DNA of 64,000 nucleotides from Candidatus Shapirobacteria bacterium GW2011_GWF2_37_20 (GTDB lineage Bacteria > Patescibacteriota > Microgenomatia > UBA12405), in assembly GCA_000989305.1 (NCBI GenBank), contig LBTB01000004.1, forward strand, positions 12,897 through 76,896, given 5' to 3'. This document shows, one piece after another, positions 39,297 to 48,134 of this stretch. The notes beneath the pieces were generated by a model. It was not told the DNA's origin. It saw only the letters and a program-made list of their open reading frames with translations, and searched no databases. Position 1 is the first letter of the stretch. Every line of letters starts with the position of its first letter. The position numbers and the translations under genes are program-made.

Positions 39297-39929
39297 ATGG
39301 ACAAAGAAGTGTTGGTTTTGACTGGTTTATCTCCGGAGATATCAACTCGATCTTCGAATGCAGTAGTTGGGGAAAAATTAACAAAAGCTTTGGGAATGGA
39401 AACAACAATTGTTGATCTTCATTGGAAAAAGAGTAAATACTTGGCCGAATTAGAAAATGTTTTGAATAAGAAAATTGAAGAGGCGAACGGGCAAGTGGTT
39501 TTAATGGGTATTGATATCGGAATGAGTCAAGCATTAATAGCCAGACAGAAATATGGGCAAATGAAAGTATCGGAACTTATTTCTGTATGTGGCTGGAATT
39601 GGCCGGAGCTTGGTTTAAGGAGTTTTGAAATACAAAAGTTAAATGATTTGCGGCAGATAAGTCCGATTTTTGGAAAAACAATTAGAAAATATACGGATTT
39701 GTTTGTTGGTAAATTTAATAAGTTTAACAGGGTTGTCAGCAGATTTGAGCCTTTTCATTGGAATAAAATACTGACCTTTGTGGCAAAGAACGATGAAATA
39801 GTTCCCAGAAATTGCAATGTGATTGGACCGGTAATGGAGGTGGTGGAAGTTAGGGGTAATCACGCTGGAGGAATTTTGAACGCTTTGAAGGAGACGGAGA
39901 AAATGAAGGAGTTTATTGAGAGGAGATAG
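39297..39929 (+). CDS. Alpha/beta-hydrolase-fold protein, paralogue 2 (nucleophile Ser replaced: GIDIG)
   Basis: Collinear with paralogue 1 (LTGL...GxxxG...CGW...NDE.VP). The serine position carries Asp. Confidence 0.55.
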   Translation: MDKEVLVLTGLSPEISTRSSNAVVGEKLTKALGMETTIVDLHWKKSKYLAELENVLNKKIEEANGQVVLMGIDIGMSQALIARQKYGQMKVSELISVCGWNWPELGLRSFEIQKLNDLRQISPIFGKTIRKYTDLFVGKFNKFNRVVSRFEPFHWNKILTFVAKNDEIVPRNCNVIGPVMEVVEVRGNHAGGILNALKETEKMKEFIERR

Positions 39930-39931
39930 TA

Positions 39932-40453
39932 TTAGAGAAGGGAGCGGATCTTTTTTTCGATTGATTCAGGGGTCTTTTTGGTGACGAAGGCAATTTCAGC
40001 AGAGAGATGGTAAACGATTTTATCGACTATATCCTGATAATTTTGGGAAAATTTTTCGGCCGTAGTGACTTTGTTGGCACAAAGTTGTTTTAAAACGTAG
40101 ACAGTTTTGTTGGGATCATTGAGATAGAGGATTTCTTTGATGGTTTTAAAGTCAAAAATGACATTTGGATCAACGGGTTTTTTAAGATATTTATAAATTT
40201 CTTTGACTTCCTGAGAGTTAATTAAGTAACGGAGGCCGCTCTTTTGAATATTATCGACCGGAATAGAAAAAGAGGCTGATTTTTGATCGGTATCGATGGG
40301 GCGATAAAGAAAATATTCGCAATCAATTCCCCGATAATCTTTTTTAATTTTTTTATCAAAAATTTGATAAATGTTTTCAAAATCAGTTAGATAATCGCCA
40401 ATAGAAAAACGAGTTTTTGGGATAGATGGTGTGGAATTTATAGATGTATTATA
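39932..40453 (-). CDS. 173-codon ORF with no ATG/GTG/TTG start (hypothetical protein, possible pseudogene or non-canonical start)
   Basis: Hand translation of the minus strand gives a continuous protein-like frame YNTSINST...IEKKIRSLL* between the in-frame TGA at 40454-56 and TAA at 39932-34. The ORF track omits it because no canonical start exists. Confidence 0.45.
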   Translation of the reverse strand, partial: YNTSINSTPSIPKTRFSIGDYLTDFENIYQIFDKKIKKDYRGIDCEYFLYRPIDTDQKSASFSIPVDNIQKSGLRYLINSQEVKEIYKYLKKPVDPNVIFDFKTIKEILYLNDPNKTVYVLKQLCANKVTTAEKFSQNYQDIVDKIVYHLSAEIAFVTKKTPESIEKKIRSLL

Positions 40454-40512
40454 TCAGAATAAAGCTAAAAAAGTTTAGGGATGATATATTAATTAATATG
40501 AATGAAAAGCAG

Positions 40513-41067
40513 GTGATGCTGGGGATTACGGGGACAAACGGGGCGGGAAAGGGGACAATTGTGGAGTTTTTAGTAAAAGTAGAGGGATTTAAACATTTTA
40601 GTGCCAGTGGACTGATTAGCGAAGAAATTGTTAAACGCGGTATGTCTGTAGACAGAGATAACATGATTGTGGTGGCCAACGAATTGAGAGCACAATATGG
40701 ACCGGGGTATATTGCTGAAGAATTGTTGAGAAGAGCCGGAGAAAGTCAGGAAAATAGAATTATTGAAAGTATTAGGACTTTAGGGGAAGTTGAAAAACTA
40801 AGGGCAAAAGGGGGAATTTTGCTGGCGGTAGATGCCGATCAAAAAATAAGATATGAGAGGATTATCAAGAGAGGGAGTAATAAAGATCGGGTTAGTTTTG
40901 AAGAATTTGCAGAACAGGAGAAAAGGGAAATGGAATCGGAGGATCCGAATAAACAGAACTTATCAGCTTGCATAAAAGTAGCGGATTATGTGATTCAAAA
41001 TAATGGAACAATTGAAGAACTGAACAGAGAAATCGAAAAAATATTAATAATTATTAAAAATAAATAA
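40513..41067 (+). CDS. P-loop nucleotide kinase
   Basis: GITGTNGAGKGT Walker A. Kinase-sized. Start trimmed to MLGITG. Confidence 0.55.
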   Translation: MMLGITGTNGAGKGTIVEFLVKVEGFKHFSASGLISEEIVKRGMSVDRDNMIVVANELRAQYGPGYIAEELLRRAGESQENRIIESIRTLGEVEKLRAKGGILLAVDADQKIRYERIIKRGSNKDRVSFEEFAEQEKREMESEDPNKQNLSACIKVADYVIQNNGTIEELNREIEKILIIIKNK

Positions 41068-41577
41068 ATGAAAATATCAAAGAAATCCTTGGAAGTGAAG
41101 CATGTTCGACCAAGCTGGGACGAATATTTTTTAGAATTGGCAGATGCAGTGTCAAAAAGGGCTACCTGCGATCGGGGCAGAAGTGGTTGTGTGATAGTAA
41201 AAGACAAAAGAATATTAGTGACAGGTTATGTAGGTAGTCCGGCTGGCTTACCTCACTGTGACGAAGTCGGGCATGAGATTAAGAAAACTATTGATGGAGA
41301 CGGGTCAGTTTCAGATCATTGTGTGAGGACGGTGCATGCGGAACAAAATGCGATTTGTCAGGCGGCAAAGTTAGGAGTTTCAGTTGACAGGGCTACGGTT
41401 TATTGCCGAATGACACCATGCCGGACCTGTGCCATGCTTTTAATAAACTGTGGAATAAAGAAAGTGTATTGTGAAAGAAAATATCAGACAGGAAAAGAAT
41501 CTGAGGATATGTTTAAGAAGGTGGGAATTGAAATAGTCTATAAATTTAATGAAATTCAAAAGTATCCAAAGAAATAA
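41068..41577 (+). CDS. dCMP deaminase (cytidine/deoxycytidylate deaminase family)
   Basis: HAEQNAI and PCRTCAMLL zinc-binding motifs. Confidence 0.85.
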   Translation: MKISKKSLEVKHVRPSWDEYFLELADAVSKRATCDRGRSGCVIVKDKRILVTGYVGSPAGLPHCDEVGHEIKKTIDGDGSVSDHCVRTVHAEQNAICQAAKLGVSVDRATVYCRMTPCRTCAMLLINCGIKKVYCERKYQTGKESEDMFKKVGIEIVYKFNEIQKYPKK

Positions 41578-41968
41578 TTTTGGAAGTGGAATATTTTTTT
41601 AAGCGGGGGAAGATAATTAATTTGATACCGAGTTGTTGGCAAATTTGATACTTTTCTTTATATTTAGAATCATTTGAAGAAATAATTAGGAGGGCGGGAT
41701 TAATTTTTTGAAGTAGTTTGAGATAGTTGGCGTGATTGGGAATATAAATGACCTTATCAACACTTTTTAATTGTTCTAAGCAATATTTTCTTATTTTTTG
41801 GGTAAAGAGGGGGCGGGACGGACCCTTGTGTTTCTGTAAAAATTGATCACTTTCCAGACCAATAATTAGGGTGTCAGAATGCGATTTAGCAAATTTTAGG
41901 AATTTAAAATGACCATAATGGAGAAGATCGAAGCAACCGGTGACGAGAGCGACAGTTGGTTTTGGCAT
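41546..41968 (-). CDS. Cytidylyltransferase-like nucleotidyltransferase
   Basis: VTGCFDLLHYGH (HxGH) motif. Length 140 aa. Confidence 0.7.
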   Translation of the reverse strand: MPKPTVALVTGCFDLLHYGHFKFLKFAKSHSDTLIIGLESDQFLQKHKGPSRPLFTQKIRKYCLEQLKSVDKVIYIPNHANYLKLLQKINPALLIISSNDSKYKEKYQICQQLGIKLIIFPRLKKYSTSKIISLDTFEFH

Positions 41969-42646
41969 ATTGATGATAATATAACATTAATGATTGAAGC
42001 AATTTTTTTTGATCAAGATAATACTTTAGTAAATACCCGAGAAGTAGCTGGTGAATCTTACCGGGCGGCAATTAACTGGGTGGCAGCACAAAAAAAAATA
42101 GAAGCAGAAAAGTTGTGGATGGAGTGGCGGGCAGTTTTGGATACACTAAAGAAATCGATAAAACCAGAAGAAAGACAGTTTTCATATTCACTTTCGAAAG
42201 TAGTGACTGATGAGGATTTAGTTGAAGATGCGGTAGAAATTCAAAAAAAAGTATTGGGGGAAGTAATTAAATTAAATGCGGGAGTAGAGGAGTTTTTTGA
42301 GAAAAAGATAGAGGGAGTTAAATATATTTTGTTTACAGAAGACTTTGATGATCAGATAGAGATAAAGCTGGGAAAGTTTGAGTTGAAGGAAAAATTTGAC
42401 TTGATTGTGGGGAGTTCAATGGTTGGACTGATGAAACCGGATATCAAATTTTTACAAATAGCTTGGGATAAATTTAATTTGGACCCCAAGAATTGTTTGT
42501 ATATTGGTGATAATTTTGAAAAAGATTGCCAGATTGGCAAAGAAAATGGAGGAAAAGCAATAATTTTTGGAAGGAGTGACGAACGAGCAGACTATAGAAT
42601 GGATGATTTTACAGAGCTTCGAGGGATATTAAAGATCCTTGGCTGA
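41909..42646 (+). CDS. HAD-family hydrolase
   Basis: FDQDNTL motif I, plus later motifs (GDNFEKD). Confidence 0.7.
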   Translation: MTIMEKIEATGDESDSWFWHIDDNITLMIEAIFFDQDNTLVNTREVAGESYRAAINWVAAQKKIEAEKLWMEWRAVLDTLKKSIKPEERQFSYSLSKVVTDEDLVEDAVEIQKKVLGEVIKLNAGVEEFFEKKIEGVKYILFTEDFDDQIEIKLGKFELKEKFDLIVGSSMVGLMKPDIKFLQIAWDKFNLDPKNCLYIGDNFEKDCQIGKENGGKAIIFGRSDERADYRMDDFTELRGILKILG

Positions 42647-43727
42647 TATGACTGTCGGGAGCTAAAACCGAACCTGGGAGTGAGGTACAGTTGTCTTCGA
42701 TAATAGAGTTGTCGCCAATTAAGATGCCAAATGAGAGCATGCCGGTACTGACTGGCTTATTTTTAATGATGGTTTGGATGGGGGTATTGTCAGAATTATG
42801 GGTTTGAGTAATAAAGTTGGTACCTATTTGGCAGTTGTTGCCAATAATAGAATCAGAAATGACGCCAGATTTAATAATAGTGTTTTTGCCAATTAAAGAG
42901 TTGTTGAGAGTGACATTTTCCAATATGCAACCACTTTCGATATTAACGTTGGGGCCAATTTTACAATTTGGTCCGATTTTAACATCCGGGGCGATATAGA
43001 AGTTGCCCTTTTGAATATGTTTGTTAATACCAAAAAGGTCCCAGGCATATTTAAGGGTTAAACTGGTTTCTTCAACTTCAACGGCATAGACGGGATGATT
43101 TTGAAGATAGTTATCAAAGGCTTCAATGAGTTGAAATTCGGTGGGGGGAAGAGTATTCATGAAATTGACAAAGTCTTTGGTGAGGAGGTAGACGCCGACA
43201 TTGCGTTGATTGGAGAGTCCGGTTAGATCCGTTGGTTTTTCGATAATTTTGGTAACGCGCTGTCCCTCAAGAGCGAAAATACCATAACGGGAAGGGTTGG
43301 TGGTGGTTTTGGAAAACATAATCAAATTATCCGGTGAAGCTAATAAGTCTTGATGTTTGTCTAAGTTTTTTAAATGTTCATCGACATTTATTTGTTGTGG
43401 ATTGATAACTAAAAATCGATTTTCTAGGTTTGGGAGGGCCTGAATGACGGCGTTACCAGTGCCAATAGGTTCTTGTTGTGTATAAAATCTTACAGAAATA
43501 TGAGAAGGGGTATAGGAGGCAAAGGTATTTTGGAGGCTTTGATCATCTTGGGGAGACTGGATAACTTCAATTTTGGTGATTCCTACTCGGTCAAGGGCTT
43601 CGATAGTTCTGGAAATAATTGGTTTGCCGGCAATAATAAAATCACTTTTGTGCTGGCGACGGGTAAAGGGGAAAAAACGAGAGCATTCACCGGCGGCGAG
43701 GATGACTGCCTGATTGACTAATTTCAT
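42609..43727 (-). CDS. Sugar nucleotidyltransferase with C-terminal left-handed beta-helix
   Basis: N-terminal AVILAAGECSRF nucleotidyltransferase motif. C-terminal hexapeptide repeats. Confidence 0.7.
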   Translation of the reverse strand: MKLVNQAVILAAGECSRFFPFTRRQHKSDFIIAGKPIISRTIEALDRVGITKIEVIQSPQDDQSLQNTFASYTPSHISVRFYTQQEPIGTGNAVIQALPNLENRFLVINPQQINVDEHLKNLDKHQDLLASPDNLIMFSKTTTNPSRYGIFALEGQRVTKIIEKPTDLTGLSNQRNVGVYLLTKDFVNFMNTLPPTEFQLIEAFDNYLQNHPVYAVEVEETSLTLKYAWDLFGINKHIQKGNFYIAPDVKIGPNCKIGPNVNIESGCILENVTLNNSLIGKNTIIKSGVISDSIIGNNCQIGTNFITQTHNSDNTPIQTIIKNKPVSTGMLSFGILIGDNSIIEDNCTSLPGSVLAPDSHISQGSLISLEAL

Positions 43728-43762
43728 GGGTTAATTTTAGCAATTTTTGATATATTTAGCTT

Positions 43763-44239
43763 ATGGAAATAAAGAAAGGTTTGAGTGAAAAAAACATTGG
43801 ACAACTAATTGATTACGCCAATAATGACGAGGAGGTTAAAAGGTTTACTTCTGACGCTGGGAGGTTTAAGAATAGAGAGAGCTATGACGAGTGGCTTAAA
43901 AAAGGCAGAGCGATTTATGCCTTGGTTGATGAAGAAGACAATTTATTGGGGATAACTTGGTTTGGAAAAGAGGGAGAGGGTGGTTTTACGTTAGCAATTA
44001 GAACCTATGAAAGAGCCAGGCATAAGGGTTTTTCTTATAATTTCTTGAAAGAGACAATGAATGATTTTATGAAAGGGGACGAATATCAGGGGGCAGAGAA
44101 CAAGGAGTGGTGGTTGGAAACATCAAAAGATAATTCGGCGGCAACCATACTGTATGAAAAGCTGGGATTTAGGATAGATGGAGAAGGGAAAAGTTTTGAG
44201 AAAGTTATTTACCGCCGCCGCCCCGGTTTTGTGTCCTAA
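43763..44239 (+). CDS. GNAT family N-acetyltransferase
   Basis: Size and motif pattern (...RGKGFS...LGF). Confidence 0.55.
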   Translation: MEIKKGLSEKNIGQLIDYANNDEEVKRFTSDAGRFKNRESYDEWLKKGRAIYALVDEEDNLLGITWFGKEGEGGFTLAIRTYERARHKGFSYNFLKETMNDFMKGDEYQGAENKEWWLETSKDNSAATILYEKLGFRIDGEGKSFEKVIYRRRPGFVS

Positions 44240-44392
44240 AAGAGGTGACGACACGGGAATTGAATTTGGTTTGAGGTCCTTTTGGTGGAGCAAAGGGATT
44301 TTTAAAAGGTAGTCTTTGGTTAAAAGGTTTAGTACTCTGGGGAGTCAGAAGAGTGTTTTTAATATCTTTGGCCATAAACAATGATAGCAAAT

Positions 44393-44992
44393 TTATAATA
44401 TATTTTTATATTTTTTCATTTCTAAGAGATGCCTGTCGGCTTCCTGCAGTGTGGGCAAAAAACTTTGAGGTTTTGTGGGGTCTTCTTTGACGGTGGTGGC
44501 AAAACCAAAAGAGACATGAATGTTGTTTTTGGTAAGCCCTTCTTCCATGGCATCGTGGATACGGTAAACAAGGTGTTGAATACTGTCCATGTCGGTTATA
44601 TTGGGAAAGATGGCAACAAACTCATCTCCGCCGAAACGGGCGACGAGATCGGTGGCTTGGGTATTTTCATCTAGAATGCTGGCTAATTTTATTAAAACTT
44701 GATCTCCAAGGAAATGCCCTTTTTCTTTGCCGTGTATTTTGTCCAACTCATTGTTGAAATCTCCAAAATTGTCAACGTCAAACATAAGGGCGGTGATACC
44801 CTTGACGTTGCCGGATTGAGCAAGGTTTTCAAGTTGTTGATTAAGATAGCGGCGGTTATAAAGGCCGGTAAGTGAATCGATTAGGGCTTGATTTTTTAAG
44901 TCTTTGTTTTCTTGTTTTAGGCGTTTATTTTCATATTTTAAGCCGGCGGGGCTATTGGGACTGGGTCTGGCGGGGAGTTTATCGAAAAGCAT
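44393..44992 (-). CDS. GGDEF-domain diguanylate cyclase (short, coiled-coil N-terminus)
   Basis: RFGGDEFVAIF active-site motif. Preceded by DSLTGLYNRRY. Confidence 0.8.
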   Translation of the reverse strand: MLFDKLPARPSPNSPAGLKYENKRLKQENKDLKNQALIDSLTGLYNRRYLNQQLENLAQSGNVKGITALMFDVDNFGDFNNELDKIHGKEKGHFLGDQVLIKLASILDENTQATDLVARFGGDEFVAIFPNITDMDSIQHLVYRIHDAMEEGLTKNNIHVSFGFATTVKEDPTKPQSFLPTLQEADRHLLEMKKYKNIL

Positions 44993-44997
44993 TATAT

Positions 44998-45789
44998 TTA
45001 TTGATTAATCATTTTTAGTAACCTATCAATACCAAGGCCGATGCCTGATATGGTTTTTAGTTTAGCAGAATTGGTGGCAAAAGAGGTATCAATGGGGTGG
45101 AGTGGTAAAGAATTTTTAATCCGATATTCTTTTTCCCGATTAAAGGACTTTAGAATTGAATCTGGATCGGTGTTTTCAGTACAGCCATTAGCAATTTCAA
45201 TACCGTTAATATAAAGCTCAAAGCGTTGTCCCTTTTTTGCCAGAGGGCTGAGAAAAGCCGGATAGCCGGTAATAAAAACAGCTTTATCTTTAGGTAAATT
45301 AGGTTCGATTTTATTGAGAAAGTACTGATTGAAATCGGCTTCCTTGTCGGGTAGGTTTTGAGGGAGAACAAAGTTGGTGAACTCGATATCTAAATATTTT
45401 TTGATAAAATTTCGAGTGGAAAGCATTAAGTTTTGGTAATTTTTGTTGATTTCGTACCATTCCAACATTAAAAATTCCGGAGTATGGTTGGGACCTTCGT
45501 TTTCCAGATCGCGAAAACAATGGGAAATGGCAAAGCAGTTTTTTTGATTTTCAGATAGGAATTTTTTGAGGGCAAATTCCGGAGAGGTGGGGAGGTAATA
45601 GTTCACATTTTTATGAGTCCAGGTAGTTTTAAAGGAATAGAGATTTGCTTCGAGGGGGAGAGAGGGGTTGAGGTAAGGGATTTCAATCTCAGTAAAATCT
45701 AGGTTCCAGAGATATTGACGGATAGATTTTAGAAATTCAGATTGGGTCATAAGTTTTTTAACCCACAAAAATAATCTGGATCGGAACAA
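44998..45789 (-). CDS. Class II aminoacyl-tRNA-synthetase-like catalytic-core protein (EpmA/PoxA-like, no anticodon-binding domain)
   Basis: Motif 2 FRDLENEGPNHTPEFLMLEWY and motif 3 GIGLGIDRLLKM. Length 263 aa. Confidence 0.6.
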   Translation of the reverse strand: MFRSRLFLWVKKLMTQSEFLKSIRQYLWNLDFTEIEIPYLNPSLPLEANLYSFKTTWTHKNVNYYLPTSPEFALKKFLSENQKNCFAISHCFRDLENEGPNHTPEFLMLEWYEINKNYQNLMLSTRNFIKKYLDIEFTNFVLPQNLPDKEADFNQYFLNKIEPNLPKDKAVFITGYPAFLSPLAKKGQRFELYINGIEIANGCTENTDPDSILKSFNREKEYRIKNSLPLHPIDTSFATNSAKLKTISGIGLGIDRLLKMINQ

Positions 45790-46520
45790 AGAAGATTTTT
45801 TGAAGTGAGATCTAAAAAACGCTTGACAACTTTTTTGATTGGGTCGGAAATTGAAGCAATTGGCTTGACTGATTCACAACAGCCGTAAAATTTACCGTCT
45901 GATTGGAGGGAAAGCATGGAACAGCCAAAGTTTTTTGGTGGATAACATGGATAATTCTGACGAATATCTATAATTTGTTTTGAGGTTAGAGATCCAAGGC
46001 GGTCAGTAAGATAAGTTTTGGGAAGATTGTAAACCTGGAAAGAATCTTTATAAGGGTAAGAATCTTTGGTAATTAAGTAAAAAATTTCAACAGGAAAATT
46101 TAATTTTAAAGCGTGTTTTACAAATTTTTTAGATCTGGTAAAGTTGCCTGGTCCGCGATTAGCATCGTGGATATTTTGAGGTCCGTCAAAAGAGACAATC
46201 AATTGACAATTACGGGGATCCTTTATGTTTTTAAGTCTATCAATGGTGCCGTTGGTGATAATAGAGGTAAAAATACCCATTGAGTTTAGTTTGTTAATTA
46301 AAGAGGGAAAATTTTTGAGGGTAAAAACTTCACCGCCACAGAAGATTATAGATTTCAATTGACAGTTGCGAGTTGCGAGTTGTTGGTTGTATCTTCGAAC
46401 GAAGGAGAGAATCTGGGAATTGGAAAGGATATTTTTAGTTTTTTTGGTATAGCAATAGCGACAATTGAGATTACACAGTTCCAGTGGGGAGATATAGATG
46501 TTTTCGAGGGCGGAAATCAT
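45747..46520 (-). CDS. Radical SAM protein with C-terminal Cys-rich (SPASM/twitch-like) region
   Basis: CNLNCRYC at residues 16-23. C-terminal CGCCES and CSDPDYFCG. The 5' end overlaps the EpmA-like gene by 43 nt. Confidence 0.7.
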   Translation of the reverse strand: MISALENIYISPLELCNLNCRYCYTKKTKNILSNSQILSFVRRYNQQLATRNCQLKSIIFCGGEVFTLKNFPSLINKLNSMGIFTSIITNGTIDRLKNIKDPRNCQLIVSFDGPQNIHDANRGPGNFTRSKKFVKHALKLNFPVEIFYLITKDSYPYKDSFQVYNLPKTYLTDRLGSLTSKQIIDIRQNYPCYPPKNFGCSMLSLQSDGKFYGCCESVKPIASISDPIKKVVKRFLDLTSKNLLCSDPDYFCGLKNL

Positions 46521-46524
46521 GGCA

Positions 46525-46745
46525 GATTATAGCACTGTCTGATTATCGGTAGCTTTGGAGCGGATGGCGGGGGGTGATTGGTCTTCTTGGGAGATACTGT
46601 AGAGTTGCTCAGCAATGGTGGGTGAGGGGTGGCATGGACGACGAGGTTCAAAAGGGGGAATTAATCTGACGGGGGAAACGGTGTCAGCACAAAGGAGACA
46701 TTCCGTACTTCCGATTTGACACATAAATCAGTGTAGCATCAGAGA
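46525..46745 (+). ncRNA. GC-rich, G-run-rich island: candidate structured RNA of unknown family (strand uncertain). Alternative reading is a small Cys-containing minus-strand ORF.
   Basis: Local GC is far above the window background. G-runs GGCGGGGGG and GGTGGGTGAGGGGTGG. The overlapping track ORF 46527-46724(-) encodes a Pro/Arg/Ser-rich product, typical of spurious translation of RNA genes. Confidence 0.35.
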
Positions 46746-46746
46746 A

Positions 46747-46926
46747 TTATTTTAGTTTTGTTGACTCTTTGTGTTCGGTATTCTTTTTGCACCAATGACA
46801 ATATTTGTTGAATTTAAGTTTATCAGGGGTGTTGGTTTTGTTCTTTTCGGATAGATAATTTTGGGCACCACAAACGGAGCAACAAAGGGCGATTAAAATT
46901 CGAGGTGTTTTTTTAGATTTGGCCAT
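46747..46926 (-). CDS. rpmG: Ribosomal protein L33
   Basis: Hand translation gives MAKSKKTPRILIALCCSVCGAQNYLSEKNKTNTPDKLKFNKYCHWCKKNTEHKESTKLK, the L33 zinc-ribbon pattern. Length 59 aa, below the track length cutoff. Confidence 0.85.
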   Translation of the reverse strand: MAKSKKTPRILIALCCSVCGAQNYLSEKNKTNTPDKLKFNKYCHWCKKNTEHKESTKLK

Positions 46927-46961
46927 GGAGCTATTTTAATCGATGTAGCGGGAATTAGCAA

Positions 46962-47789
46962 TTAATTGATAAGTTGATTATCTAAAATGCTTTTGGCGAC
47001 CGTGTCGCAGAATAACTCACTACCAAGAGGGGAGGGGTGGAGATGATCGGTAGAACTAATAAGAAGTTCTGAGCCATTTTGACCAAAAAGACTGGGGTGA
47101 AAAGTATCGGCGAGGGCAAAGTTATTTTTGTTAGCAAAATTGACTAGATTTTGCAGATAAAGTTTAATGGTGTTGGTTTTTTCAATTTTTTGAAAAGCAG
47201 AGAAATGAACGTCCTTAATCCCGTTGCCAAAAGTAACAGAGTTGGGAGCAATGGTAGAGGCAAGAAGTATTTTGGTGTGGGGCGATTCCTTTTTAATGGT
47301 GCTGGTCAGTTTCTGAAGAGCCTGACTTTGACGGTCGATGCCGGCCTGAGAGTTGCCAAAATTATTGTAGGCAAAGGATTCGATGAGAATTATGTCTGCA
47401 TTTTGAGATAAAATCGACGGGTTGTTTTGACCCAGGTAGGAGGTTGTTTCAGTTAAACGTTTGAGGGCAGATTCGATATTAGTGGAACCATAGCCATATT
47501 TTAAGATGTTAAATTTGGTAAAAGGGAAATATTTTTGAAAGGATTGTTGACAGATATCTTTGGAAAGTGTGTCAATCATTGAATCACCCAAGAGTACCAG
47601 ATCGATTATATTGCCATCACCGCCAATAGGAGGGATATAAGAGGGAACAATAGTTTTTAGACCAAGAACATTTGGTTTGGGGGTGGGGGTGGTTTCGTTG
47701 ACAGATATTATTGGAGTAGAGGGAGTGTAGCTACTGGGGTGATAGGCCTGAAGCAATTGATAATAGAGGGGGAAGAAAAATAGGGGCAT
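46962..47789 (-). CDS. SGNH/GDSL hydrolase, secreted
   Basis: LVLLGDSMIDTL GDS(L) motif near the N-terminus of the mature domain. A signal-like N-terminus is present. Confidence 0.6.
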   Translation of the reverse strand: MPLFFFPLYYQLLQAYHPSSYTPSTPIISVNETTPTPKPNVLGLKTIVPSYIPPIGGDGNIIDLVLLGDSMIDTLSKDICQQSFQKYFPFTKFNILKYGYGSTNIESALKRLTETTSYLGQNNPSILSQNADIILIESFAYNNFGNSQAGIDRQSQALQKLTSTIKKESPHTKILLASTIAPNSVTFGNGIKDVHFSAFQKIEKTNTIKLYLQNLVNFANKNNFALADTFHPSLFGQNGSELLISSTDHLHPSPLGSELFCDTVAKSILDNQLIN

Positions 47790-48082
47790 CAGAGGTCGCG
47801 GTATTTTTTAATTTGTCTTTCGAGTTGATCTTCTAAATCAATGAGGGCTGATTCAAGGAACTTGTGTGTAGTTTCGGAGAAGATTTTTTCTTTGCCTGGG
47901 AGATATATGTCAAAACGGAGATGAACGTTTTTTAATTTGTCGTATTCAATTCGAAGGGTGGCTGTTTTCATTTCCGGGGCGAAGGTGGTGAGGAATTTTT
48001 CTAATTTTTGGTTGATTTTCTCATCGACCAATTTTTTAACTGCATCTGTGAGTTCAAAGTTGTCGCCGGTGATTTGAATATT
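47789..48082 (-). CDS. hpf: Ribosome hibernation promoting factor (short HPF/RaiA)
   Basis: MNIQITGDNFELTDAVKKLVDEKI and the overall S30AE fold pattern. Confidence 0.85.
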   Translation of the reverse strand, partial: NIQITGDNFELTDAVKKLVDEKINQKLEKFLTTFAPEMKTATLRIEYDKLKNVHLRFDIYLPGKEKIFSETTHKFLESALIDLEDQLERQIKKYRDL

Positions 48083-48134
48083 CATAGTAATTAAGGATAA
48101 CATTTATAAATAATTGATATAATCAGTGTGTTTT

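Noticed and set aside
46527-46724. 65-aa minus-strand ORF as an ordinary protein gene
   Set aside because: Its GC is far above the genome background and its product is P/R/S-rich. That pattern is typical of translating a structured-RNA region. It is kept only as an alternative RiPP-precursor hypothesis in the findings.
46525-46745. Assigning the GC-rich element to SRP RNA, tmRNA or 6S RNA
   Set aside because: No GGAAGCAGC-type SRP domain IV motif was found. There is no tmRNA tag reading frame ending in a hydrophobic tail, and no long closing helix. The family is left undetermined.
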